64,000 nt of DNA from assembly GCA_942490945.1 (NCBI GenBank), contig CALNYZ010000044.1, positions 2,172 through 66,171 of the forward strand, given 5' to 3'. Shown here one piece after another: positions 1 to 8,944 of the stretch (position 1 is its first letter; each line of letters opens with the position of its first letter). The stretch comes from an uncultured Gammaproteobacteria bacterium (GTDB lineage Bacteria; Pseudomonadota; Gammaproteobacteria; UBA6429; Thiohalophilaceae). Position numbers and translations under genes: made by a program. The notes beneath the pieces were generated by a model. The model was not told the origin of the DNA and did not search any database. It saw only the letters and a program-made list of their open reading frames with translations.

Positions 1-176
1 TCGAAACGACCCCGGATATCCCGGCACTTTTAGATATAAACGGCGCTCATGTACATATTTATGGCAAAGCAGCCCGATCCGGTCGCAAGCTGGGTCATGT
101 TACGTTTTGTTATGATAACAGGCAGAAGCTTGATGAAAACACTGAAGTGCATAATAAAATCATTAACATTCGTTGA
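1..176 (+). CDS. purK: N5-carboxyaminoimidazole ribonucleotide synthase (PurK), C-terminal fragment. Reading frame 3, runs off the 5' edge of the window.
   Basis: My own translation of frame 3 gives ...VHIYGKAARSGRKLGHVTFCYDN...IINIR*, stop TGA at 174-176. The YGK-x4-GRK-x-GHV tail is the conserved PurK C-terminus. This ORF is absent from the supplied track because it is partial. Confidence 0.65.
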   Translation, partial: ETTPDIPALLDINGAHVHIYGKAARSGRKLGHVTFCYDNRQKLDENTEVHNKIINIR

Positions 177-206
177 AATTATTACAAACGCCTATAACTA
201 TCGACA

Positions 207-689
207 TTAAAGTGAAATACCAATCCCGAAATGAAAACGGGTTTTTGTGCCTGAATCATCCGATTCAGACCATCGTTCCAGCTGCTGTGCTTGCACGGCT
301 GGATAAGTGTAATCTGCTTCACCTACCTTTCCTTTGATATTATCCGTAACGGTACCGACTACAGATACCCATCGCCCTGCTGCATAATCTGCAGGTTCAA
401 GAAAACCGCTCTGAATAATAATAAAACGACCCTGTGCTGATGCACTACGCATTGGTACCCCATTTTCATTTACCGGGTAAGCCAGCACTTCTATCTGACT
501 GCTGTTTTTCAGAACATCCGTCTTGATAATTATCCCGCCCCAGAGCACTTTATTACCTTTATAAATATTTTCTGCCTGAACCATCTGTGGCAAAACACTG
601 CGGTTTACACCTTCAACATTCAGGCTGGATGTTGCACAGCCTGTGATCACAAATAATAAAGCCGATAAAAACATGAAATATTTATGCAT
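207..689 (-). CDS. Slp-family outer-membrane lipoprotein
   Basis: Lipobox FVITGC at the N-terminus. Slp-like core: VLWGGIII...IEVLAYP...GRFII...LEPADYAAGRWVSVVGTV...GEADYTYPAVQA. Starts 6 nt after the stop of the upstream paralogue. Confidence 0.75.
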   Translation of the reverse strand: MHKYFMFLSALLFVITGCATSSLNVEGVNRSVLPQMVQAENIYKGNKVLWGGIIIKTDVLKNSSQIEVLAYPVNENGVPMRSASAQGRFIIIQSGFLEPADYAAGRWVSVVGTVTDNIKGKVGEADYTYPAVQAQQLERWSESDDSGTKTRFHFGIGISL

Positions 690-695
690 ATGAAT

Positions 696-1232
696 CTACT
701 GCTTCCTGATATGGTGCGGGTAATAATATGGTCGATAAAAAGGATACCACGGGTCGTACCATGGATCATACCAGGGGTCATAGTCGTATGGTTCGGGTTT
801 GGGCCACAAATAGGATCGTGTTACCGCTACGACTGGATATTGATAATCAAATTCACCTACTTTAGTTACCAACCCACCCGTAACCTTACCCGATACTGAC
901 AAGCGTCGCCCATTTGCATAAATAGCAGGATCACGAAAGCTGGGGAAGATGGCAATAAAGCGCCCGGTGCTTACATCCACATCTTTTGGTTCCCCTGACT
1001 CATAGAGTGGTTTCGCCAAAACTGTAATGTGTGTCTCATCCTGTTTTACATTTGTCTCCAGTATGATCCCGGCCCAGGCGACCGGCATATCACGATACTC
1101 ATCCGGATTGACACCAACCACGTTCGGAAGCGGATTCACAGGCGGAATGGTGACGACAGGTTTGCTTGCACAACCTGATGCAATAAAGATGATTAACAGC
1201 AATAAATAACCGGATTTCATATGGCATGCCAT
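696..1232 (-). CDS. Slp-family outer-membrane lipoprotein, second tandem paralogue, with an aromatic/proline-rich C-terminal tail
   Basis: Lipobox IASGC. Core VAWAGIILET...ITVLAKP...GRFIAIFPSFRDPAIYANGRRLSVSGKV...GEFDYQYPVVAV matches the neighbouring Slp. The tail reads YDYDPWYDPWYDPWYPFYRPYYYPHH. The start may be the internal Met at 1220 (MKSGYLLL). Confidence 0.75.
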   Translation of the reverse strand: MACHMKSGYLLLLIIFIASGCASKPVVTIPPVNPLPNVVGVNPDEYRDMPVAWAGIILETNVKQDETHITVLAKPLYESGEPKDVDVSTGRFIAIFPSFRDPAIYANGRRLSVSGKVTGGLVTKVGEFDYQYPVVAVTRSYLWPKPEPYDYDPWYDPWYDPWYPFYRPYYYPHHIRKQ

Positions 1233-1331
1233 TGTTCAGGAATAAACTTACACTAAAAGTATAGAATGAATGCACCGCCAAATCATATCTATTTGTATAT
1301 ATTGAATAGACCTGAAATCCAGCCTGTCTAA

Positions 1332-1345
1332 CTGATCCAGATCAA
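1332..1345 (+). promoter_or_regulatory. FNR/Anr-type (CRP-family) binding site upstream of hemN
   Basis: CTGAT-CCAG-ATCAA versus the consensus TTGAT-N4-ATCAA, one mismatch. It sits 70-83 nt upstream of the hemN start. A TAAATT -10-like hexamer at 1368-1373 puts the box centre about 41.5 nt upstream of a putative TSS near 1380, which is class II geometry. Confidence 0.5.
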
Positions 1346-1414
1346 GTGGCTGGCTGACACTTTCACGTAAATTAGTGCAATATTACGAATCCACACAGCA
1401 GTTATTATTTTATC

Positions 1415-2791
1415 GTGCCAGACCTAGAATTCGACAGCCAGCTCATTCAACGCTATGACTTAAGCGGACCGCGCTATACGTCATATCCTACAGCCGTGCA
1501 ATTTACTGAAGAATTTGGTATTGAAGATTATAGACAGCAAATACAATCGAGTAATACTGCCAATCGTCCGTTGTCCTTGTACTTTCATTTACCGTTCTGT
1601 GACACAATTTGCTTTTATTGTGCCTGTAATAAAATTGTTACGAAGAACCGAAATCGCGCGCAACCCTACCTGAATCTTCTTTACAAGGAAATGGCCTTAC
1701 AAGCAGCGCTGTTTAATACCGCTCGCCCTGTTGATCAGTTACATTGGGGCGGGGGTACACCTACATTTATCAGTCATGGACAAATGCGTGACTTGATGCG
1801 AATTACCCGTGAATTGTTCAATTTGCATGAAGATGATAGCGGTGAATATTCCATCGAGATTGACCCACGTGAAGCAAACGCTGAAACCATTTTATTACTA
1901 CGTGATCTTGGTTTTAATCGCCTCAGCCTGGGTGTACAGGACATAAACCCGAAGGTTCAGCTGGCCGTCAATCGTATTCAGTCAATCGAAGAAACGAATG
2001 AAGTAATCAACACCGCGCGCAGTGTCGGATTTCACTCAATCAGTGTCGATCTGATTTATGGTCTGCCATTTCAGACCAAAGACTCGTTTAGTGAAACATT
2101 ACAAACTGTCATCGAAATGCAGCCTGATAGACTGTCCGTATTTAACTACGCACACATGCCAGATATGTTCAAAACTCAACGACAGATTCGGAGCGAAGAT
2201 TTACCAGATGCCCGAACAAAACTGGCCATTCTGGAAATGAGCATCGATATGCTGACGACTTCCGGTTATGTATATATCGGCATGGATCATTTCGCCAGAC
2301 CGGAAGACGAACTGACGCAAGCACAGGCTGATGGCCACCTTTATCGAAATTTTCAGGGTTATTCAACGCATGCGCATTGCGACCTGATTGGTATGGGTGT
2401 CACTTCAATCGGCAAAATACATGACAGCTACAGTCAGAATTATCGAACACTGGATGATTATGAAAAATCAGTTGCTAATAATTCATTACCCATCTTCCGT
2501 GGCATTACCCTGACGACCGATGACAGACTTCGCCGAAAAATTATTACTGAACTCATATGTAACTTTAAACTCGATATAAATGCGATTGAGCATGAATATT
2601 CCATAAACTTTGATCAATATTTTTCAGATATAGCTCCTGCACTGCAAAGCATGCAAGATGATGGGCTAATCTTATCAGGAAAAAATATGATTGTGATAAC
2701 AAACAAAGGTGGTTTGCTGGTCAGGAATATTTGCATGTTATTTGATGCGTATATACGCAATTCATCACACCGTTATTCAAAAGTAATTTGA
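1415..2791 (+). CDS. hemN: Oxygen-independent coproporphyrinogen III oxidase (radical SAM)
   Basis: 458 aa with a GTG start. N-terminus LIQRYDLSGPRYTSYPTAVQF and radical-SAM cluster motif CDTICFYCAC. Length and sequence are collinear with E. coli HemN. Confidence 0.95.
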   Translation: MPDLEFDSQLIQRYDLSGPRYTSYPTAVQFTEEFGIEDYRQQIQSSNTANRPLSLYFHLPFCDTICFYCACNKIVTKNRNRAQPYLNLLYKEMALQAALFNTARPVDQLHWGGGTPTFISHGQMRDLMRITRELFNLHEDDSGEYSIEIDPREANAETILLLRDLGFNRLSLGVQDINPKVQLAVNRIQSIEETNEVINTARSVGFHSISVDLIYGLPFQTKDSFSETLQTVIEMQPDRLSVFNYAHMPDMFKTQRQIRSEDLPDARTKLAILEMSIDMLTTSGYVYIGMDHFARPEDELTQAQADGHLYRNFQGYSTHAHCDLIGMGVTSIGKIHDSYSQNYRTLDDYEKSVANNSLPIFRGITLTTDDRLRRKIITELICNFKLDINAIEHEYSINFDQYFSDIAPALQSMQDDGLILSGKNMIVITNKGGLLVRNICMLFDAYIRNSSHRYSKVI

Positions 2792-2819
2792 TTTTACTCT
2801 GAATTTTATTATCGATAGA

Positions 2820-3308
2820 TTAGTATGGCCGTTTACGTACATGCAAACGAAACAGTATGCGAGATAAAAATATTTCGCTTATAAAAAACAATATCACTGT
2901 GGTTAGCATTGCTGTGGGTGACATCGCCAGTAATATTCCGATACCAATGACGGGAATGACTGATTCGGGGAGTTGATCCAGAAATAACGCCTGACTGCTT
3001 GGTGCAAGACCCATTCTTCTTTTAATAAAACTGGAGAAAAGATCACCTGTCATCGCCAGAATTGCGAAACAGAGTCCAAAAAGCAAAGGGAAATTTAAAA
3101 AATAAGCTGCACCTGTTGTACAACACAAGGAAAAGACAATACCACGCCATGTTTTGCTGGAACCGAATAAAGGCAAGCCATCCTTTAATTTATATCCTCG
3201 ATCCACTGGTGTCGCAAACCGACTTTTCAAAACACGTGCGGCTACAATTGGTGACCCATTGGCAACCCATAGAAATATCAGAAACTTGTATATATATTCC
3301 CAATCCAC
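2820..3308 (-). CDS. CarS-like / DUF46 family integral membrane protein (CDP-archaeol synthase-like, CTP-dependent polyprenyl-lipid enzyme superfamily)
   Basis: 162 aa and polytopic. N-terminal signature WVANGSPIV...TPVDRG...DGLPLFGSSKTWRG, as I remember it for the DUF46/CarS family. Confidence 0.6.
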   Translation of the reverse strand: MDWEYIYKFLIFLWVANGSPIVAARVLKSRFATPVDRGYKLKDGLPLFGSSKTWRGIVFSLCCTTGAAYFLNFPLLFGLCFAILAMTGDLFSSFIKRRMGLAPSSQALFLDQLPESVIPVIGIGILLAMSPTAMLTTVILFFISEIFLSRILFRLHVRKRPY

Positions 3309-3348
3309 TCGGTTTACCAGAATTCACAATGTTATACAGTAATATAAT

Positions 3349-4251
3349 TCAATGTTGTTTTGATGCCAGTCGATTTAAAACCATGACAACTATAAAACCG
3401 GCACAGATCAATAACATTGTATTTAAAAATGTCATATCCAGCGCAGTTGGTAAAACTGGTGTCGATGAGACAAGCCGATCCTTGTTACGAATAGTTTCAA
3501 AAACCCGATCCTGAAATGGCCAAATCATCCATAAAGATCCGATTAAAATACCTTTTATCACTAACAAAGTTTGCTTGTAATAGTGATGGAGCAGCCAGAC
3601 CAAAAATCGTGTAAAAACGACCAGGCCTGTTATCATGCCAAGTACAAATGGTATCAGTATGGAAAAATTCAGTTCGCCAAGCGCGCCAATGATATATGCA
3701 TACTTACGCAGCATTAATAAAATAAATGATCCGGATATACCAGGCAGAATCATCGCACTGATAGCAACGGCGCCACATATAAATATAAACCAGGCGCCAT
3801 CTGGTGTATTCGTTGGCACCAGATTTACGATAACCAGTCCCATAACAGTACCGGCGATCACGTATAAAGTGTCAATGAATTTAAAGTCCCGCACTTCTTT
3901 CATTAATATCACAATCGATGCCAGTATCAGGCCAAAAAAGAGACCATAAACTAATTCCGGATGCGTTTGAATCAACACAGGCAACGGGATGATTTTGGTA
4001 AAAACGACAAGTGCGCATGCAATACCAATGACAAGCGGAATCAGAAAATTAAAATGTGGTCGTTGTACCAGACAGGAAATATTAAATCGAAACAGACACA
4101 ATAGCCATTCCTTATCAAAAGACTTGATCGCCTCCAATAAACGCGTATATATACCCAATATTAGCGCCATCGTTCCACCGCTAACACCAGGCACCAGATC
4201 TGCGGAACCCATACAAAAACCTTTCGCCACTAACGATACTGATTCTTTCAT
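3349..4251 (-). CDS. DUF368 family membrane protein (undecaprenyl-phosphate translocase family, PopT-like)
   Basis: 300 aa and polytopic. Hallmark GSADLVPGVSGGTMALILGIY near the N-terminus and a second PGISGS repeat. Lies 40 nt upstream of the CarS-like gene on the same strand. Confidence 0.8.
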   Translation of the reverse strand: MKESVSLVAKGFCMGSADLVPGVSGGTMALILGIYTRLLEAIKSFDKEWLLCLFRFNISCLVQRPHFNFLIPLVIGIACALVVFTKIIPLPVLIQTHPELVYGLFFGLILASIVILMKEVRDFKFIDTLYVIAGTVMGLVIVNLVPTNTPDGAWFIFICGAVAISAMILPGISGSFILLMLRKYAYIIGALGELNFSILIPFVLGMITGLVVFTRFLVWLLHHYYKQTLLVIKGILIGSLWMIWPFQDRVFETIRNKDRLVSSTPVLPTALDMTFLNTMLLICAGFIVVMVLNRLASKQH

Positions 4252-4366
4252 GTAAAATTCACTTTATTTTATTGATTAACGGGATTGTATTATAAACTTC
4301 ATATAACAAAGTTTGATTACAAGCATAATATTATATATAAGTTAGTGCTGGAAATACGTATGCAAC

Positions 4367-5110
4367 TTATTTATTTTTACAATTTTCATCGCGCGTACTT
4401 ACCATCATATCGCGTGTCGATTCCAGACTCACTTTTTCATGTTCATTCATAGGCGCTGACAGCCGCTTGTTATATATTTCAATCATATTATTATATTTTT
4501 TGCACACTTCCTTTAACTGATTATTATTCTGGACCTGGTAGCGATTTTGTATTAACTGTTGGCGTATCTCGGGGTCCATTGTTTGCCATCCAGATCGTTG
4601 CCAGTCAGGAAAATCTTCTGCTGTTATTTTTCCGAATCCATTACGCACGCAGCGAGTATATGACAAATTGCCAATACGCGATATTTTCATGCTATTGTTA
4701 TAACGAAACGACGCAACATAATTAATGATATTTATTGTAGCCGGAGTAAGTGAATTTAATCCTCCAAAATCCTTAAACACATGGGATATATCTTTTTTCT
4801 TTTTCATTGCAGGGTAAATTCCCTTCGCCATTAATGAAACTTCACGACAAACCTCCTTGTTCTCGATATTAACGGTACCCAATTCATCGGGGCTGGATTT
4901 TCTTCCCACATTCAATTCCTGGCTAGTGGTTGTACCCTGGCAGGGTAGCTGGGAATAACTGACATTACCGGTATTATCAGTACAACGATAAACGCCCGCA
5001 ACGACCACATGGGATGCCGAAGCGGCGAAAAAAACAATCAGAATCAAAAAACGCATAAGATTAATTATAGGATAGATATCCGGATTAAAAATACCTTTGT
5101 TATTGACCAT
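4367..5110 (-). CDS. DUF4124-domain secreted protein
   Basis: Signal-like MRFLILIVFFAASASHVVVAG followed by VYRCTDNTGNVSYSQLPC, a DUF4124-like motif. The start may be the internal Met at 5056. Confidence 0.55.
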   Translation of the reverse strand: MVNNKGIFNPDIYPIINLMRFLILIVFFAASASHVVVAGVYRCTDNTGNVSYSQLPCQGTTTSQELNVGRKSSPDELGTVNIENKEVCREVSLMAKGIYPAMKKKKDISHVFKDFGGLNSLTPATINIINYVASFRYNNSMKISRIGNLSYTRCVRNGFGKITAEDFPDWQRSGWQTMDPEIRQQLIQNRYQVQNNNQLKEVCKKYNNMIEIYNKRLSAPMNEHEKVSLESTRDMMVSTRDENCKNK

Positions 5111-5390
5111 CGATTAATGCTTCCAGTACTAAAAAGTATATAATTAATGATAATTGTGTCTGTTACCGCTACCAAGACTGGCACTTTTCTTCTTTCAGGC
5201 AGCCGGTTGTTCCTCTCCCGTCTCAATTCAGATCCATGGTATTTGAAACAAATTATAGTCAGATATTGTAAAAATATCGCAATTGTTAGCAAACAGGGGG
5301 CAGCCGGTTGTTTTAATCAACCAGAGCAGTGCCAGAAATTTTTTTATTGGCAGTATAAAGGTTTGGTAACGGTCATCCGATATGTTTATC

Positions 5391-5558
5391 ATGAACAGTC
5401 AACTCATAAGAACAAAAACCCCCTCCAAGGAGTCAGCAAACTCTGGACTTGTTCAAATTATTAGACGTATTGGATTGGCCGGCAGTCTGTTTTTTCTGAT
5501 TAAAGGTGTGATGTGGCTGATTTTACCCGGGATCCTGGTATATCTCGGTATTGCCTGA
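5391..5558 (+). CDS. Possible small membrane protein (55 aa), below the ORF-track cutoff
   Basis: My own translation: MNSQLIRTKTPSKESANSGLVQIIRRIGLAGSLFFLIKGVMWLILPGILVYLGIA*. It has a polar N-terminus followed by a hydrophobic hairpin, and sits in an otherwise empty 530-bp gap. No strong SD. Confidence 0.3.
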   Translation: MNSQLIRTKTPSKESANSGLVQIIRRIGLAGSLFFLIKGVMWLILPGILVYLGIA

Positions 5559-5639
5559 ATGCCCACATTTGCGGCCTGAACTATACAACTTCTACCCTTC
5601 TGTCGACCTCTGCTTGCCAAATACGTTTGGCCTGGACAA

Positions 5640-7220
5640 TCAGTGGCAAGTAAATAATTTCGTATCTTTTATCGGTATCGTGTTTTTATTCGCATTAACA
5701 AGATAAATCACATGCTCATATTCCCGGCTTGGTAAGCCATAACCTATTGTAATATTCTCGGCGTCAGTAATATAAACAAGTTGACTGAACGGAATTTCAT
5801 CATTACTGGTAACTGGCGTGGGTTTATAGAATGGCAACAAGGCAGGTGACTGTGGAGTGGATATCTTCACACTATGACAACGGTCAGCATCCAGAATCTT
5901 GCCGAGTTTTTCTCGTCTGGCAACAAATGGTTCAATCCCGAATACTGCGATATCCTGTCTGGTGGCCTTGTCTGCAACCTGCTGCATTTTACTGTCCGGG
6001 TATATACCTAATTCGAGTGATAATATTTGCAGGTACTCCCTGTCTTGTATTTTATCAACATTCTTGATTAACACGCGTGCCTGTGTACCCAGCATTAATA
6101 CGGCAATGATAGTAATAACTGATTTGTTAAGATAACGAATTCTATCCGGGTGAATATGAATAAACAGAATAAGCGTTAACAGAAATGAAAGAATTGTTGG
6201 CGTACTGTATCGCCCGACCAGGGCAGCATCAATTCCTATATTCACTCTGGCTACAGAAACCACCGCTGCACTAAATAAATAGTACAGAATGAATCCGCAG
6301 GCAGCTACTGCTACAGGGGTTTTCCTGATTTGTTTGAAATTCAGAATAATGTGCACAATAAAGTACAGGTGCAGCATACCCATAATAAAAGACAGGTACC
6401 TGTTCTTCAGTACAGATCCCATGTGCTCAACAAAAAATATAATAATTTTATAATGTGACTCGATAATATTATCAATCACCGACACATGCCCATCTGGTGT
6501 GTTAAATCCGCTGAAATATAAAAATATTAACACGACAGATGTTATCAATAATGTTGCCAGATAGTATCTGTTAAGACGCAGAATCAGACCCATACAGAAT
6601 AGTACGGGCAACACCAACACCCCATTTACCATCGTGCCTGCAGATAAAATACCCAGACAATATGCTGCAATAAAGTACCTGGCCTCAAATCTGCTTTCGC
6701 TTGCCTTGCTCAACTGATAAAAAGCCAGCATTGGAAACAGGTATACTGCCCAAAATTGGCTCTGAAACGCCCATATAATATTTTCATCCTGCTTCCAGGA
6801 AAAAATAAAGACTGTTATGAGGACAAACAGGTAAAAAAATACATTTTTACTGATACGCTTGTACACAAGCACATTCGCGAACTTGATTACCATAAACCAG
6901 TTTAAAAAAACAAATAATACATTAATCGGGATCAGTAATATTGAAAGACCGCCAAAATACTTCAGGTCCAGAAAAAATAAAACACGCGAGAAGATGATTC
7001 GATGTTCGTTATGTTGTCCCCACCAGGCAGAAGTATCACCAGCAAGCAAGCGAATATAAAAATCCAGATATCCATCCCACATGTCACCGCGCGGAATAGG
7101 CAAATAAAACCGGTATGCGCCCCATATAACAGATAAAACATAAAATATCACAATAGCTGCCAGAAACCTGTTGCTATTAAACTGGCTAACAATATATTTT
7201 ATGTGCTGCGAGTATTTCAC
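5640..7220 (-). CDS. Large polytopic membrane protein with a C-terminal soluble domain (GT-C-like architecture); function unknown
   Basis: 526 aa, with about 11-12 hydrophobic segments over the first ~370 aa. There is an acidic motif (RGDMWDGYLDFY) in the first extracytoplasmic loop, then a ~150-aa hydrophilic C-terminus. Confidence 0.6.
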   Translation of the reverse strand: MKYSQHIKYIVSQFNSNRFLAAIVIFYVLSVIWGAYRFYLPIPRGDMWDGYLDFYIRLLAGDTSAWWGQHNEHRIIFSRVLFFLDLKYFGGLSILLIPINVLFVFLNWFMVIKFANVLVYKRISKNVFFYLFVLITVFIFSWKQDENIIWAFQSQFWAVYLFPMLAFYQLSKASESRFEARYFIAAYCLGILSAGTMVNGVLVLPVLFCMGLILRLNRYYLATLLITSVVLIFLYFSGFNTPDGHVSVIDNIIESHYKIIIFFVEHMGSVLKNRYLSFIMGMLHLYFIVHIILNFKQIRKTPVAVAACGFILYYLFSAAVVSVARVNIGIDAALVGRYSTPTILSFLLTLILFIHIHPDRIRYLNKSVITIIAVLMLGTQARVLIKNVDKIQDREYLQILSLELGIYPDSKMQQVADKATRQDIAVFGIEPFVARREKLGKILDADRCHSVKISTPQSPALLPFYKPTPVTSNDEIPFSQLVYITDAENITIGYGLPSREYEHVIYLVNANKNTIPIKDTKLFTCH

Positions 7221-7282
7221 ATATTCCTCTGCTTCTGATTTCTACATGTATAAGTTGTAACGAAACTAATACCTGGAGAATA

Positions 7283-8512
7283 TCATGAACTATTAACCAG
7301 ATTTAAGGCCTTGTTTTTTTCTTTCATGCCAAGCCAAATCACACTGATAATGATAACTGCAAGCAATGGAATAACGCCCATGTTGACTACCTGCCAGCCA
7401 AATTGGTGCTGCAGTGTGCCTGCTGTCAGTGAAGATATGGTGACCGTTGTAAAAATAATAAAATCATTCATTGCCTGGGTTTTACTCCGCTCATCGGGTT
7501 GGTATGTTTCCGTTAATAGAGTCGTCCCACCAATAAACAGAAAATTCCAGCTGATGCCAAGTGCAGTCAGAGCTATCCAGTAATGTGCGACGCTTGTTCC
7601 CAATAAATTGATACCGACGCAAGTAAATCCCAATATTCCACCGACAAACATTATCTTCAGAACACCGAAGCGATGAATCAAATGGCCGGTGACAAATGAT
7701 GGTGCAAACATACCCAACACATGCCATTGGATAACAAATGATGTATCGGAAATTGTATGCGCATGATGATTCATCGCCAACGGTGTAGCGGTCATCACAA
7801 AACTCATCACCCCGTACCCCAACATCGCACACAAAATTGCAACGATAAACCTTGGTTGCGCTGCAATTTCAATTAATGGCCGCCCCAACTTCTTTACGTT
7901 CTTTTCAATGTTTTTGACAGGTATTGGTAACTTTAAAAAGGAAAGAACAAAAAACATCATCACGTACAATATCGCAACCGACACATAGCATCCTGCAAAC
8001 GGAAACTCGATAATGGAATTACGGGTCAGATTCGCCAGATTTGGTCCAAAAAATGCGGCCACTACGCCACCTATCAGCACCGAGGAAATTGCCCGACTTT
8101 TGAATTCAGCGGTAACAGCATCTGCAGCTGCAAAACGAAAATAATTACCAAAACCGTTAAATATTCCTATTAACAGACCGCTCACGGTAAATATCCAGAA
8201 GTTGTGAATGACCACTGCATATGTTGCCAGAGCACCTCCACTCATACCGAAAAGTGTTGCAAACATAAATCCTTTCTTGCGCCCTATGCGCTCCATTAAC
8301 ATGGCAGCAGGTATGCTGGTTATCATGACAGCAATAAAAATAACCGCTATCGGCAATGTTGCGAGAGATTTATCCGGCGTCAGTTGATAACCAACCAGGG
8401 CGGATACGGTGAGAATGAGGCTCATACTGCTCAGCATAAGCGCCTGGCTTATAGCAAGTAGTGGTACATTACGTTTGTATGAGTCCATGGAGTGCATAAT
8501 AACCTGAGACAA
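7283..8512 (-). CDS. MFS transporter
   Basis: 409 aa with a 12-TM pattern. The MERIGRKKG loop between TM2 and TM3 is typical of MFS. Confidence 0.85.
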   Translation of the reverse strand: MSQVIMHSMDSYKRNVPLLAISQALMLSSMSLILTVSALVGYQLTPDKSLATLPIAVIFIAVMITSIPAAMLMERIGRKKGFMFATLFGMSGGALATYAVVIHNFWIFTVSGLLIGIFNGFGNYFRFAAADAVTAEFKSRAISSVLIGGVVAAFFGPNLANLTRNSIIEFPFAGCYVSVAILYVMMFFVLSFLKLPIPVKNIEKNVKKLGRPLIEIAAQPRFIVAILCAMLGYGVMSFVMTATPLAMNHHAHTISDTSFVIQWHVLGMFAPSFVTGHLIHRFGVLKIMFVGGILGFTCVGINLLGTSVAHYWIALTALGISWNFLFIGGTTLLTETYQPDERSKTQAMNDFIIFTTVTISSLTAGTLQHQFGWQVVNMGVIPLLAVIIISVIWLGMKEKNKALNLVNSS

Positions 8513-8665
8513 TCAAAAAGTGCAGCCTTCATATTCGAATATGTCATTAACACCATGCATCGCTCGCCATGGTTATTTCAAAATAAACAAAACCTGATAT
8601 TCTTTGTCCAAAAATTGAAATACAATTGGGGACACTTTCAATCAACCTAACCGGAAATTTTTACT

Positions 8666-8887
8666 ATGCATGAGAACCTGATGTTATTACCCGCCAAGGA
8701 CCCACGTGATATGCGCATACTTCGAATACCGGATGATTTCGAGGCACACGAAGTCTATCGTTATGTAACCGGTTTGATAGCCAAAGCAGAAGAACAATCA
8801 GATTATGAATGGGATGATATTCTCGAAATTCTGGAACAACGAGGATTTGAATCTGTTGACTTTATTTTTGGGCCATCATTGGATTAG
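8666..8887 (+). CDS. Small acidic hypothetical protein
   Basis: 73-aa ORF in an otherwise empty interval. No recognisable motif. Confidence 0.45.
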   Translation: MHENLMLLPAKDPRDMRILRIPDDFEAHEVYRYVTGLIAKAEEQSDYEWDDILEILEQRGFESVDFIFGPSLD

Positions 8888-8944
8888 CTGGTAGGTATGC
8901 GCAGAAATGTTCCGTTCCGCAATATGCGGATATGCTTATACCAA

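Noticed and set aside
8916-8930. TCCGC-aatat-GCGGA hairpin after the 73-aa ORF
   Set aside because: Only a 5-bp stem and no T-tract. Too weak to call a terminator.
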